Positions 1 to 9,187 of a stretch of 64,000 nucleotides of DNA are shown here, in pieces (within the stretch, counting starts at the first letter, position 1; each line of letters begins with the position of its first letter). Under the pieces are notes generated by a model, which was not told the DNA's origin, ran no database searches, and worked only from the letters and a program-made list of their open reading frames with translations. The DNA is from an uncultured Kordia sp. (GTDB lineage Bacteria; Bacteroidota; Bacteroidia; Flavobacteriales; Flavobacteriaceae): contig NZ_CANLEA010000015.1 in NCBI RefSeq assembly GCF_947489565.1, forward strand, positions 70,410-134,409, read 5' to 3'. Both the position numbers and the translations under genes were made by a program.

Positions 1-480
1 CTCAATATCATTATGAATTCGATCAAAAAGTACCATTGGAAGTTCTTTATCAATGATCATATCCAAATGCGAAAACTCTTTATTGATCTGTGTTTCTTTC
101 GCCAAACACATAATCAATCCGTCAATAAAACCGAGCGACATCGTTTTGACACATTTGATCTCTTTTTCAGTAGATTCATGCGAAATGGACGTGATAATAT
201 TATAGCCTTTTTTAGAAAGTACTTCTTCCAAACCAATCAACACTTTTGCAAAAAACGGATTCAAAATATTTGGAATAATCACGCCAATAGTTTTGGTATT
301 TCCCTTTCGGAGTCGCACTGCATACTGATTCGGTATGTAATTGTATTTCGTAGCTACGGCTCTGACTCTCAAACGTGTTTCGTCACTAATTTCAGGATTG
401 TTTGCCAAAGATTTTGAAACAGTAGATACCGAAACATTTAAAATTTCTGCTAATGATTTCAATGTTATTTTTGGCTTCAT
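1..480 (-). CDS. LacI-family transcriptional regulator (3' part runs off the window start)
   Basis: Absent from the ORF track. My translation from ATG at 480 gives MKPKITLKSLAEILNVSVSTVSKSLANNPEISDETRLRVRAVATKYNYIPNQYAVRLRKGNTKTIGVIIPNILNPFF..., a classic LacI N-terminal HTH plus hinge. The frame is open to base 1. Confidence 0.92.
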   Translation of the reverse strand, partial: MKPKITLKSLAEILNVSVSTVSKSLANNPEISDETRLRVRAVATKYNYIPNQYAVRLRKGNTKTIGVIIPNILNPFFAKVLIGLEEVLSKKGYNIITSISHESTEKEIKCVKTMSLGFIDGLIMCLAKETQINKEFSHLDMIIDKELPMVLFDRIHNDIE

Positions 481-498
481 CTTGATCGTTTTTTATGA

Positions 499-1644
499 TT
501 AATTTTTTATAAAAGTTCCTTGACTCGGATTGACAACAATGGCTGTTAATTCTCGATGAAACGTATGTTTGTACGCTTCAGAAACTTCAGTTATATAGGC
601 TTCCACATCATCTTCATGAATAATATTGATAGTACAACCACCAAAACCGCCGCCCATCATTCTAGAACCTAAAATATGAGTATTTGCTCTTGAAAAATCT
701 ACTAAAAAGTCTAATTCAGGACAACTCACTTCATACAAATGTTGCAAACCTTCATGCGATTGATACATTAAGTTCCCAAACGCTTCTAAATTTCCAGCTT
801 TCAATTCTTGTACAGCTTTTAAAACACGTTCATTTTCTGAAATTACATATTGACAACGTTGATAAACGATCCTGTCTAATTGCGATTCAAATTCCTTTAA
901 TATAGACAAAGATACATCGCGTAAAGATTGTATTGCACGATATTTTTGTTGCATAATTTTTACGCCCGATTCACATTCTTCACGTCTCTTATTATATTCA
1001 CTACTTGCCAAATTGTGTGAAACATTGGTATTCAATAACAAAATTTGGTACGGAGCAATATGTACAGGAATCAATTCATAATCCAATGATTGACAATCGA
1101 GTAGGAGCACATGATTTTCTTTGCTCATGACCACGGCAAACTGATCCATAATTCCACATTTTGTACCAACAAAACGATGTTCTGCATCGCGTGAAAGTCG
1201 AATCAATTCTTCAACAGGTTGTTTTAGGTTAAAAAATTCGTTTAAACCAATGGCCATACCACATTCCAATGCTGCGGACGAACTTATACCAGCACCAATA
1301 GGCAATTCACTTTCAATAATGCAATCAAAGCCAGAAAGTGTGGCATTTCTCATCAACAATTCATGAATTACACCTAAAACATAATTTTCCCATTCTTTGT
1401 CACTTTTACGTACATTTTTTAAATCGACCTGCAAAAAAGCATCGTAGCTTTTACTATAAATATTACAGGTAGTAACGGTATCATTTTTTCGAAAATAAAA
1501 GTGAATCTTCCGATCAATAGCTGTCGGTAATACAAAACCGTTATTATAATCAGTATGCTCTCCAATAAGGTTAATTCTCCCTGGAGAAGTCACCGTCAAT
1601 TCTGTTTTAAAATCTTTAAAATAATGTTTGTCTAATGCTGGCAC
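499..1644 (-). CDS. galK: Galactokinase (GHMP kinase)
   Basis: Motifs SPGRINLIGEHTDYNNGFVLP, PIGAGISSSAA, CGIMDQF and GSRMMGGGFGGC. GTG start. Confidence 0.96.
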   Translation of the reverse strand: MPALDKHYFKDFKTELTVTSPGRINLIGEHTDYNNGFVLPTAIDRKIHFYFRKNDTVTTCNIYSKSYDAFLQVDLKNVRKSDKEWENYVLGVIHELLMRNATLSGFDCIIESELPIGAGISSSAALECGMAIGLNEFFNLKQPVEELIRLSRDAEHRFVGTKCGIMDQFAVVMSKENHVLLLDCQSLDYELIPVHIAPYQILLLNTNVSHNLASSEYNKRREECESGVKIMQQKYRAIQSLRDVSLSILKEFESQLDRIVYQRCQYVISENERVLKAVQELKAGNLEAFGNLMYQSHEGLQHLYEVSCPELDFLVDFSRANTHILGSRMMGGGFGGCTINIIHEDDVEAYITEVSEAYKHTFHRELTAIVVNPSQGTFIKN

Positions 1645-1675
1645 AATAAAAAATTAAGGTGCGTAAATATACAAT

Positions 1676-1712
1676 AAAAATAATAAATGTAAATATTACG
1701 TTTATTATTTTT
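1676..1712. promoter_or_regulatory. Palindromic operator upstream of galK (candidate NrtR-family site, GT-N7-AC core)
   Basis: aaaaataataaatGT-aaatatt-ACgtttattattttt is a near-perfect palindrome. The same site (26 bp, 1 mismatch, in gene orientation) recurs upstream of susC at about 4015-4040. It overlaps a -7-like TACATTTA on the minus strand. Confidence 0.65.
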
Positions 1713-1817
1713 TCTTTTTGCTGAATTTTCTGCGAAAAGCACAACTCAATTAATTTGACTACATTTGAAAGCATTAAATAGTGGTCAGCTTGAGGTTAGA
1801 ATCAGGAGAGTTTTTCT

Positions 1818-1980
1818 TCTTTTCCGCAGTATAGCAGGAATTTTTCGTTAAAAATTTTTGAAGCCTTGGAAAAAATTTAGAAAAGTTCATGCGGTTTTAA
1901 TTTTTCCCAAAAAGAAAATTAAAAATACCTCTGGAAAAGCGCCGTTTCTTTTGTTTCTTTTCTTTGGGCGAACAAAGAAA
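1818..1980. repeat. 163-bp structured dispersed repeat, copy 1
   Basis: Matches 8855-9017 with 11 mismatches in 163 nt by manual alignment. Contains several hairpins with compensatory changes between the copies. Confidence 0.9.
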
Positions 1981-2110
1981 ACGAAAATAAAAAACTAAGA
2001 TTCAGTTTTTTGTAAATAACATACTAAATGTTTTTAAAGTTTTATTTGAATATTATGTATGTTAAACTGGAGTATAATAGTAGTTATATTTTTTAAATCG
2101 ATTTGATTAT

Positions 2111-2806
2111 ATGTGGAAAGAAGACAAATATGGTATGCATGACAAAATGTATGTGGCAACAGACTGTATTATATTTGGTTTTGATGATGGAATACTTAAA
2201 TTATTAGTTTTTAAACGTAGAATAGCACCGCAAGAAGGCGCCTTATCACTCATTGGAAGTTTTGTAAAATTGGATGAAAGTGTAACGGAAGCAGCCAACA
2301 GAGTCCTAGAAGAAATCACGGGTTTACAAAATGTCTTCATGGAAGAACTCAAAACCTACAATGCTGTTGAGAGAGATGATGGATACCGATGTATTTCTAT
2401 TGGGCAGTATGCGTTGATACGAATTGATGAGTACGATAAAAATTTGGTAGAAAAACACAATGCTATTTGGTATCCGTTTGATGAATTGCCTGCCTTAGTC
2501 TTAGATCACGATCAAATGGTAAAAGATGCCTTGGCACGATTGCGACGCAAAGCACGATATCAACCTATTGGATTTGAATTGCTCCCCGAAAAATTCACAC
2601 TTCCACAATTGCAAATACTATACGAAGCTATCTACCAAAAGAAAATGGATTCGCGTAATTTCCGTAAAAAAGTATTGTCGTTTGGCGTATTGATTAAATT
2701 GGAAGAAAAAGACAAATCGACTTCCAAAAAAGGCGCATTCTACTATAAATTCAATCATGAAAAATATCAAGAGTTAATTGCAAAAGGTATTAACTTTGAA
2801 GTCTAA
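2111..2806 (+). CDS. NrtR-family regulator (degenerate Nudix domain plus winged HTH; AraR/XylR-like sugar regulator)
   Basis: ATDCIIFGF, degenerate Nudix box GSFVKLDESVTEAANRVLEEITG, and C-terminal FELLPEKFTLPQLQILYEAI...NFRKK...YYKF wHTH. Confidence 0.88.
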   Translation: MWKEDKYGMHDKMYVATDCIIFGFDDGILKLLVFKRRIAPQEGALSLIGSFVKLDESVTEAANRVLEEITGLQNVFMEELKTYNAVERDDGYRCISIGQYALIRIDEYDKNLVEKHNAIWYPFDELPALVLDHDQMVKDALARLRRKARYQPIGFELLPEKFTLPQLQILYEAIYQKKMDSRNFRKKVLSFGVLIKLEEKDKSTSKKGAFYYKFNHEKYQELIAKGINFEV

Positions 2807-2812
2807 ACTGTA

Positions 2813-3838
2813 TTGCTACACATGGATGCTGTATTTGAAAAAATCATAGAACTCAAAAACGAAAGTTTACATTCCAAACATGAACAATTGGTCAATGGTA
2901 TTATCAATGCTATTAATGACAAAACCTTACAAAAGGGAGATCGTTTGCCTTCAATCAATAGCACGGTAAACAAACTTGGTTTTGCTAGAAAAACGATTGT
3001 ACGTGCGTATGAGGATTTAAAAAGCAAAGGTTTGGTGGAGTCCAAACAATTCAAAGGCTATTATATTTCAAACACAAATACGCGTATAAAACTCAAAGTG
3101 GCGTTACTTTTATTTGCGTTTCATTCGTTTCAAGAGGACTTTTACAATACATTTAGAAAAGAATTGGGTAAAAAATACCATATCGATGTATTTTTTCATC
3201 ACAACAATCTGGATGTTTTCAAAAATATTTTAAGTACCATTACGGGGAAATACGGAATGTATGTGATTGCGCCAATTCCAACGCCTGAAATGCCAAGCAT
3301 TCTAAAAAATATTCCATCGGACAAATTGTTAGTAATTGACAGATTCATTCCGATGTCAAATGAATACTCATACATTTCTCAGGAATTTGAGCATTCTACC
3401 TACAAACGTTTAGAAGAATTATTGCCAGCGATCAACAAGTACGCAAAAATGACGTTGTTCTTTCGTGATGATACCGATTATCCGATAGGAATCAAAAATG
3501 CATTTCGAAAATTCATCAAAACCTACAACATAAAAGGTACGATTGAAAAAAAATACAAGCAAGGAAGTGTCAAACCTAACACACTATATTTCTTCATCAG
3601 TGATACACATTTATGGCAGGTGTTACGCGATTGTAAATATGCAAATTATACGATAGGGAAGGACGTTGGTATTTTGGCACATAATGATAATGATGTGAAA
3701 GAAATTATCTTTGGAGGCATCACGACCATCTCTGCAGACTTTAAAAAAATGGCGCAAGAATCGGCGGCGTATGTCAAATATTTGACACCAATTCACCGAA
3801 TCATTCCGTCAGAAATAAAAAGGCGTAATTCACTATAA
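2813..3838 (+). CDS. GntR-family regulator with C-terminal periplasmic-binding-protein-like domain
   Basis: N-terminal GDRLPSIN...ARKTIVRAYEDLKSKGLVES..FKGYYI GntR wHTH. The start may be the ATG at 2822. Confidence 0.88.
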   Translation: MLHMDAVFEKIIELKNESLHSKHEQLVNGIINAINDKTLQKGDRLPSINSTVNKLGFARKTIVRAYEDLKSKGLVESKQFKGYYISNTNTRIKLKVALLLFAFHSFQEDFYNTFRKELGKKYHIDVFFHHNNLDVFKNILSTITGKYGMYVIAPIPTPEMPSILKNIPSDKLLVIDRFIPMSNEYSYISQEFEHSTYKRLEELLPAINKYAKMTLFFRDDTDYPIGIKNAFRKFIKTYNIKGTIEKKYKQGSVKPNTLYFFISDTHLWQVLRDCKYANYTIGKDVGILAHNDNDVKEIIFGGITTISADFKKMAQESAAYVKYLTPIHRIIPSEIKRRNSL

Positions 3839-3923
3839 CGCAGTAATAAAAGGCTTTTACTGCATTATTTATAAATTTTTTAACTTTTTTTTGATGATTT
3901 GTTAATCATGTGAAAAATTAGTG

Positions 3924-3931
3924 TATATTTG
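3924..3931 (+). promoter_or_regulatory. Bacteroidota sigma70 -7 element (TATATTTG)
   Basis: Exact TAnnTTTG consensus, with a TTTG (-33-like) at 3898-3901. Confidence 0.55.
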
Positions 3932-3974
3932 TAAAGTAGCATACTGTATCACAGTTTAGTATTTCGCTGTTCAG

Positions 3975-4004
3975 CTAAGGTGCCAAAGCATCTTAGATTT
4001 TTTT
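3975..4004 (+). terminator. Intrinsic terminator-like hairpin upstream of susC
   Basis: ctaaggtgc-caaa-gcatcttag (9-bp stem, one G-U that pairs only on the + strand) followed by a T run. Confidence 0.6.
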
Positions 4005-4014
4005 ATGAAAAAAG

Positions 4015-4041
4015 TAATAAGCGTAATATTTACATTTATAA
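4015..4041. promoter_or_regulatory. Second copy of the GT-N7-AC operator, upstream of susC
   Basis: taataagcGTaatatttACatttataa matches the galK site in gene orientation. It overlaps the -7-like TACATTTA at 4031-4038. Confidence 0.65.
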
Positions 4042-4089
4042 AAACGAATTAATAAATTTAATCAACTAACTAACCTTAACAATATTCTT

Positions 4090-7000
4090 ATGGATAGAAA
4101 ATTAATAAGACTATTATGCTGTATGACCTTTGCCTTATTTGGTTTTGCAGTAAATGCGCAATCAGTTTCGGGGACAGTTACCGATGGAACGATTCCGCTT
4201 CCTGGCGTAAATGTTACTGTAAAAGGAACTACAAATGGTGCCGTAACTGACTTTGATGGAAAGTATTCATTAAACGATGTAAATACTGGCGACACTCTTG
4301 TGTTTAGCTATGTAGGATACAAAACTCAAGAAGTAGCCTACAATGGAGAAGCAACGCTCGATGTAACTTTAGAAGAAGATACTGCAGCTTTAGATGAAGT
4401 CGTATTGGTAGGATACGGAACTTCTAGTAAACGACAAGCAACAAGTGCAGTAAGTACCATTAAAGGAAAAGAAATTACGAATACCATTGCTGGTAATCCA
4501 ACCGTAGCTTTACAAGGTAGATTGCCTGGTATACAAGTAGAAAGCTTTGGTGGACAACCTGGTGGTTCTGCCAATGTATTCATTCGTGGTATCAACTCTT
4601 TAAGCAACGCAGATCCGCTATATATTGTAGATGGATTGTTTGTCGATAATATGGATTATGTGAATCCGAAAGATATAGAAGACATTTCTGTATTAAAAGA
4701 TGCTGCAGCGGCAGCTATTTACGGATCGCGAGCAGCGAATGGAGTGGTTTTAATTACAACGAATCACGGAAAAAAAGATCAAGCATTAAGAGTGAATTTT
4801 AACTCAAGAATTGGTGTCGATTCGCCAAGCAAACGATTAGACTTCATTAATGGTCAACAATATACAGATTACTTAAATCAACGATTTGCAAATGATGGTT
4901 CGTCTACAACCGTAACTTGGAATGGTGTAGATACAGATTGGCAAGAAGAATCTTTACAATCAGGAATTGTGGAAGATTATGGATTGTCCATCGCTGGTGG
5001 AGGCGAAAAATCATCATACTTCGGTTCTGTAAACTACTTCTACCAAGATGGTATCTTAGTAGGTTCAGGATTTAAGCGATTAAACGCACGATTGAACTCT
5101 AGACATGAATTAGGAAAATTTACCATCACACAGTCATTAGGTATGACAGAAGGTAAATTGCAAGAAAATAACTGGTATGGTTTTGACGGAACTACAGCGC
5201 CAACAATTGCCTTATCAGATCCAAACAATGATGGAGGATTTGCTGGGCCAACAGATCCAATTCATGGTCCTGGTGGTGTCAACCAATTCGGATTGGCTTC
5301 TTTGGAAAACAATTTAGAAACGACAAGAACCATGTTCGCAAGTTTAAAAATTGATTATGAAATCACAGAAGAACTAACAGCTTCTGTAAACTTAGGTGTA
5401 GATTATAGAAACAGAAGAAACTTCCAGTTTACGCCAACATACTTAATGACAAATCCTGTAACGAGTGGAAACAGTATTGATCCTGTTCGTAACGTAAATG
5501 AATTAAACGACTTGACAAACTTTGTACAAGATGATGTAAATCTATTGTTTGAACCAACCATTTCATACAAAAAGACATTCAACGATGTGCACAAATTCGA
5601 AGCGGTTTTAGGACATACACGTTTTATTGAAAAACAAGATAGCAATGGTGTATACGGTGAAGGAACTCCAGCAAACTCAATTCAAGTAGCAAGTGCGTTG
5701 ACTTCGGTTACACAAACACTTGGTGCTAGCAATGAAGCAGCTTTACTATCATACTTTGGTAGAGTAAACTACGGATATGACAACAAATACTTATTCTCTG
5801 CAACAGTAAGACGCGATGCTTCTTCACGATTTGCAGAAGACAATAGAGTTGGTTATTTCCCAGCATTCTCAGGAGCTTGGAATGTAAGTAGCGAAGAATT
5901 CTGGAACTCAGAAACCATCAACTTCTTTAAAGTAAGAGCTTCGTATGGTGAATTAGGATCGTATCCAGATCAATTTTACCCAACACAAGCAGTTTTCTTA
6001 GCCAATCAATCTAACGCAAGTTTTGGTGGAACTACCGCAACAGGTTTAGCACAAACAACATTGGCTGATGAGAATCTAGTGTGGGAAACTACAAAAACAT
6101 TTGACATTGGTATTGATATGGCGTTGTTAGATAACAAAATCAAATTCACAGCCGATTACTATTCTAAAAATGTAGAAGATGCCTTGGTGCCAATCAATGT
6201 GCCATCAACTTCAGGAGTAAGTTTGCCTGTGACCAGAAATGCAGGTACCTTAGTAAACAACGGATTTGAATTTGACTTAAGCTATAATAAATCAGAAGGA
6301 GATTTTAAATATACGATTGCAACAAACTTTTCTTTCAATCTTAAAAATGAAGCAGAAGACATTCCTGCAACGATCTTAGGACCTGGAATTGATGAAGATT
6401 TACGTGTGGTAAACAGAACGGAAGCAAACGGACCTGTAGGAGCATTTTACGGTTGGGTTGTAGAAGATAGAGTAGATCCAGCAACAGGAAACTTTGTACG
6501 AGTAGATACCAACGGAGATGGAACAGTAAACGAAGACGATCGTACAATTATTGGAGATCCAACACCAGATTTTACCTATGGTTTAAACATTACTGGAGAA
6601 TACAAGAAGTTTGACTTTGCTTTAAACTTCAACGGTGTACAAGGAAATGATATTTACAACTTAAGCCGTTATTACAATATTCTTTGGCAAGATGGTGGTA
6701 AATTAACAGATGTATTAAATGCATGGACACCAACAAACACAAACACAAACATACCAATTGCTACAGAAGCAGATCCAGGAGGAAACAGGGAACCTTCTTC
6801 ATTCTTCGTAGAAGACGGATCATACTTCAGACTTAAAAACCTAGAAATTGGATACAATTTTGACAATGGTTTCTTAGGTGTCGATTGGATTGCAGACGTT
6901 CGTTTATCACTAAACGTTCAAAATGTATTTGTCATCACTAACTATAGTGGTTACGATCCAGATGTTGCTTCCACAAACGGAGGTAGAGCCAACTTAAATT

Positions 7001-7113
7001 CAGGTGTTCCTGGATTACGACCTAATGTAAACCCATTATTAGGAAGAGGTTTGGATGCAAGAGCATATCCAAACGCACGTACATTTAGTATTGGATTACA
7101 AGCAAGTTTCTAA
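4090..7113 (+). CDS. susC: SusC/RagA TonB-dependent outer membrane transporter
   Basis: Signal peptide, CarboxypepD-like N-domain (GVNVTVKGTTNGAVTDFDGKY), plug PLYIVDG...ISVLKDAAAAAIYGSRAANGVVLITT, C-terminal YPNARTFSIGLQASF. Confidence 0.97.
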   Translation: MDRKLIRLLCCMTFALFGFAVNAQSVSGTVTDGTIPLPGVNVTVKGTTNGAVTDFDGKYSLNDVNTGDTLVFSYVGYKTQEVAYNGEATLDVTLEEDTAALDEVVLVGYGTSSKRQATSAVSTIKGKEITNTIAGNPTVALQGRLPGIQVESFGGQPGGSANVFIRGINSLSNADPLYIVDGLFVDNMDYVNPKDIEDISVLKDAAAAAIYGSRAANGVVLITTNHGKKDQALRVNFNSRIGVDSPSKRLDFINGQQYTDYLNQRFANDGSSTTVTWNGVDTDWQEESLQSGIVEDYGLSIAGGGEKSSYFGSVNYFYQDGILVGSGFKRLNARLNSRHELGKFTITQSLGMTEGKLQENNWYGFDGTTAPTIALSDPNNDGGFAGPTDPIHGPGGVNQFGLASLENNLETTRTMFASLKIDYEITEELTASVNLGVDYRNRRNFQFTPTYLMTNPVTSGNSIDPVRNVNELNDLTNFVQDDVNLLFEPTISYKKTFNDVHKFEAVLGHTRFIEKQDSNGVYGEGTPANSIQVASALTSVTQTLGASNEAALLSYFGRVNYGYDNKYLFSATVRRDASSRFAEDNRVGYFPAFSGAWNVSSEEFWNSETINFFKVRASYGELGSYPDQFYPTQAVFLANQSNASFGGTTATGLAQTTLADENLVWETTKTFDIGIDMALLDNKIKFTADYYSKNVEDALVPINVPSTSGVSLPVTRNAGTLVNNGFEFDLSYNKSEGDFKYTIATNFSFNLKNEAEDIPATILGPGIDEDLRVVNRTEANGPVGAFYGWVVEDRVDPATGNFVRVDTNGDGTVNEDDRTIIGDPTPDFTYGLNITGEYKKFDFALNFNGVQGNDIYNLSRYYNILWQDGGKLTDVLNAWTPTNTNTNIPIATEADPGGNREPSSFFVEDGSYFRLKNLEIGYNFDNGFLGVDWIADVRLSLNVQNVFVITNYSGYDPDVASTNGGRANLNSGVPGLRPNVNPLLGRGLDARAYPNARTFSIGLQASF

Positions 7114-7130
7114 AATAAAAAAAATTACAG

Positions 7131-8711
7131 ATGAAAAAATTAATGAACCTAAAATCAGTCGTTAGCTTACTAACACTCGCATTGGTATTTGTTGTAGTTG
7201 CTTGTTCTGATGATGTATTAGATCAACAAAACAACAACGCAACATCGACCGCAAACTTCGGTACTTCTGTGGAACAAGTAGAAGCCGCAGTAAACGGAGC
7301 ATTTCACCCAATCACAGGAACATTTTTCTGGGGAAGAATTGTACATACTGGTGCTTTATTACGTTCGGATGAATTCAATATTTTTCCTTTCGGAAGCAAC
7401 ACAGCAATGTCAACATTTCAAGGAAATCCTGGCGATCGTTGGGCAACAGAACCTTGGCAAGAATTATACAAGTCGATTGCCAGATGTAACAATATTATTG
7501 TAAATACATCGACAACAGCCATTCCAACAGCAGATTACAATGCTTTGGTGGGACAAGCATATTTTTTAAGAGCATTTGATTATTGGTATTTAGTAAACCT
7601 TTACGGGAATGTTCCTTTAATTACAGATTTACCTGATTTAGATAACTTATTAGTAAATCAGGCAACAATGCAAGAAGTTTGGACGCAAATTATTGCCGAT
7701 TTAGAAATGGCAGAACAAATGTTACCATCAAGCTGGTCAGGTGAAAACTTAGGGCGCCCAACGTCTGGTGCGGCGAGAGCTTTAAAAGGAAAAAGTTATT
7801 TATATATGGGCGATTGGTCTAACGCACACCAAACACTAGATGATTTAGTGGGGCAATACAGTTTATTGCCAGCAGCTCAATTTGGAGATAACTTTACAAC
7901 GACGAACGAAAACAATTCAGAATCTGTATTTGAATTACAATTCTTAGGACAAGCAAACTTTGTTTGGGGATCAGACATTCCACAAACGGGAACGATGGGG
8001 AATTATCATATTGATTATGCGCCACCAGCAAAATCTCCAGATCAAAGTCACGTAGTAAATCCTTGGTTAAGAGCATTGTTTGAAGCAAACGGAGATACCT
8101 TCCGTAGAAACGAAACCTTAGCATACGATTATACTGGAGCCACAGGTTATGGTGGATTGCCATTCAATACAGACTTTGTTGATGATATTCCTGTAGCAAC
8201 AGATGCAAACGTTGAACCAATCTTTTCTAAAAAATATTCAGGAATGGATTTAGGAACAAGAGGAGAAGTAGATTTCTTAGGAACAAATGTTGGTAACAAC
8301 TGGCGTGTAATTCGTTATGCAGATGTATTATTAATGTTGGCAGAAGCGTTAAACGAAGATGGAATGACAATGTCAGCAGGAAACTATGTAAACATGGTTC
8401 GCGAAAGAGCAGGTTCTGGTTTAACACCAATATCAACAGCATTAAGTCAAGCAGACATGCGCCAAGCAATCATTGACGAAAGAGCTATGGAACTAGCTGG
8501 AGAAGGACATCGTTTCTTCGATTTAGTACGTTGGAATTTAGCAGATGATTATTTAGGACAAACATCATTACACGTAACCAATGGTTCACAAACATACCAT
8601 CCAAAATCGTTAAGTGGCGGGACATACCAAACATCAAAACATGAATTGATATGGATACCAAATTCTGAATTAGATGCGAATCCTAATCTAACTCAGAATC
8701 CAGGATACTAA
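7131..8711 (+). CDS. susD: SusD/RagB nutrient-binding lipoprotein
   Basis: Lipobox VVVACSDD, GQAYFLRAFDYWYLVNLYGNVP, RYADVLLMLAEA, ERAMELAGEGHRFFDLVRW, C-terminal NPNLTQNPGY. Directly follows susC. Confidence 0.97.
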   Translation: MKKLMNLKSVVSLLTLALVFVVVACSDDVLDQQNNNATSTANFGTSVEQVEAAVNGAFHPITGTFFWGRIVHTGALLRSDEFNIFPFGSNTAMSTFQGNPGDRWATEPWQELYKSIARCNNIIVNTSTTAIPTADYNALVGQAYFLRAFDYWYLVNLYGNVPLITDLPDLDNLLVNQATMQEVWTQIIADLEMAEQMLPSSWSGENLGRPTSGAARALKGKSYLYMGDWSNAHQTLDDLVGQYSLLPAAQFGDNFTTTNENNSESVFELQFLGQANFVWGSDIPQTGTMGNYHIDYAPPAKSPDQSHVVNPWLRALFEANGDTFRRNETLAYDYTGATGYGGLPFNTDFVDDIPVATDANVEPIFSKKYSGMDLGTRGEVDFLGTNVGNNWRVIRYADVLLMLAEALNEDGMTMSAGNYVNMVRERAGSGLTPISTALSQADMRQAIIDERAMELAGEGHRFFDLVRWNLADDYLGQTSLHVTNGSQTYHPKSLSGGTYQTSKHELIWIPNSELDANPNLTQNPGY

Positions 8712-8764
8712 AAAAATCACTAAGTGTTAATTTAAACTATTTTGGATTAGTTTTTTAATTGAGC

Positions 8765-8794
8765 AAAAGTCAGGTTTTTCGAAACTTGGCTTTT
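8765..8794 (+). terminator. Intrinsic terminator after susD
   Basis: aaaagtcaggttt-ttcg-aaacttggctttt, a 13-bp stem with G-U pairs and a TTCG loop. Confidence 0.75.
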
Positions 8795-8854
8795 CTTCAA
8801 CTAATAACTTATTTTTAATGAGAGTTTGATATAAGAATCAAGATTGCGTTTTTA

Positions 8855-9017
8855 TCTTTTCCGCAGTATAGTAGGAGCTTTTCGTTAAAAATTTTTGAAG
8901 CCTTGGAAAAAATTTAGAAAAGTTCATGCGGTTCTAGTTTTTCACTAAAAGAAAACTAGAAATACCTCTGGAAAAGCGCCATTTCTTTTGTTTCTTTTCT
9001 TTGGGCGAGCAAAGAAA
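8855..9017. repeat. 163-bp structured dispersed repeat, copy 2
   Basis: Same orientation as 1818-1980, about 93% identical. A ~50-nt insert follows before the shared acgaaaataaaaa tail. Confidence 0.9.
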
Positions 9018-9187
9018 TCAAAGATTCATGAGTTCTTTAATTTAAAATAGAAAGCTCACGAACTAAAACGAAAATAAAAACAATAGAATTTGGTGTTTTA
9101 ATATGAGCGTTTTAGAAAAGTTAAGATTGTTATTTGAATGTAATTTATATCGAATGGATATTATTTTAGTAAAAAAACTTTATTCAA

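Noticed and set aside
13-417. 134-aa + strand ORF in the track
   Set aside because: It is the antisense shadow of the LacI gene on the minus strand, which has clear family motifs.
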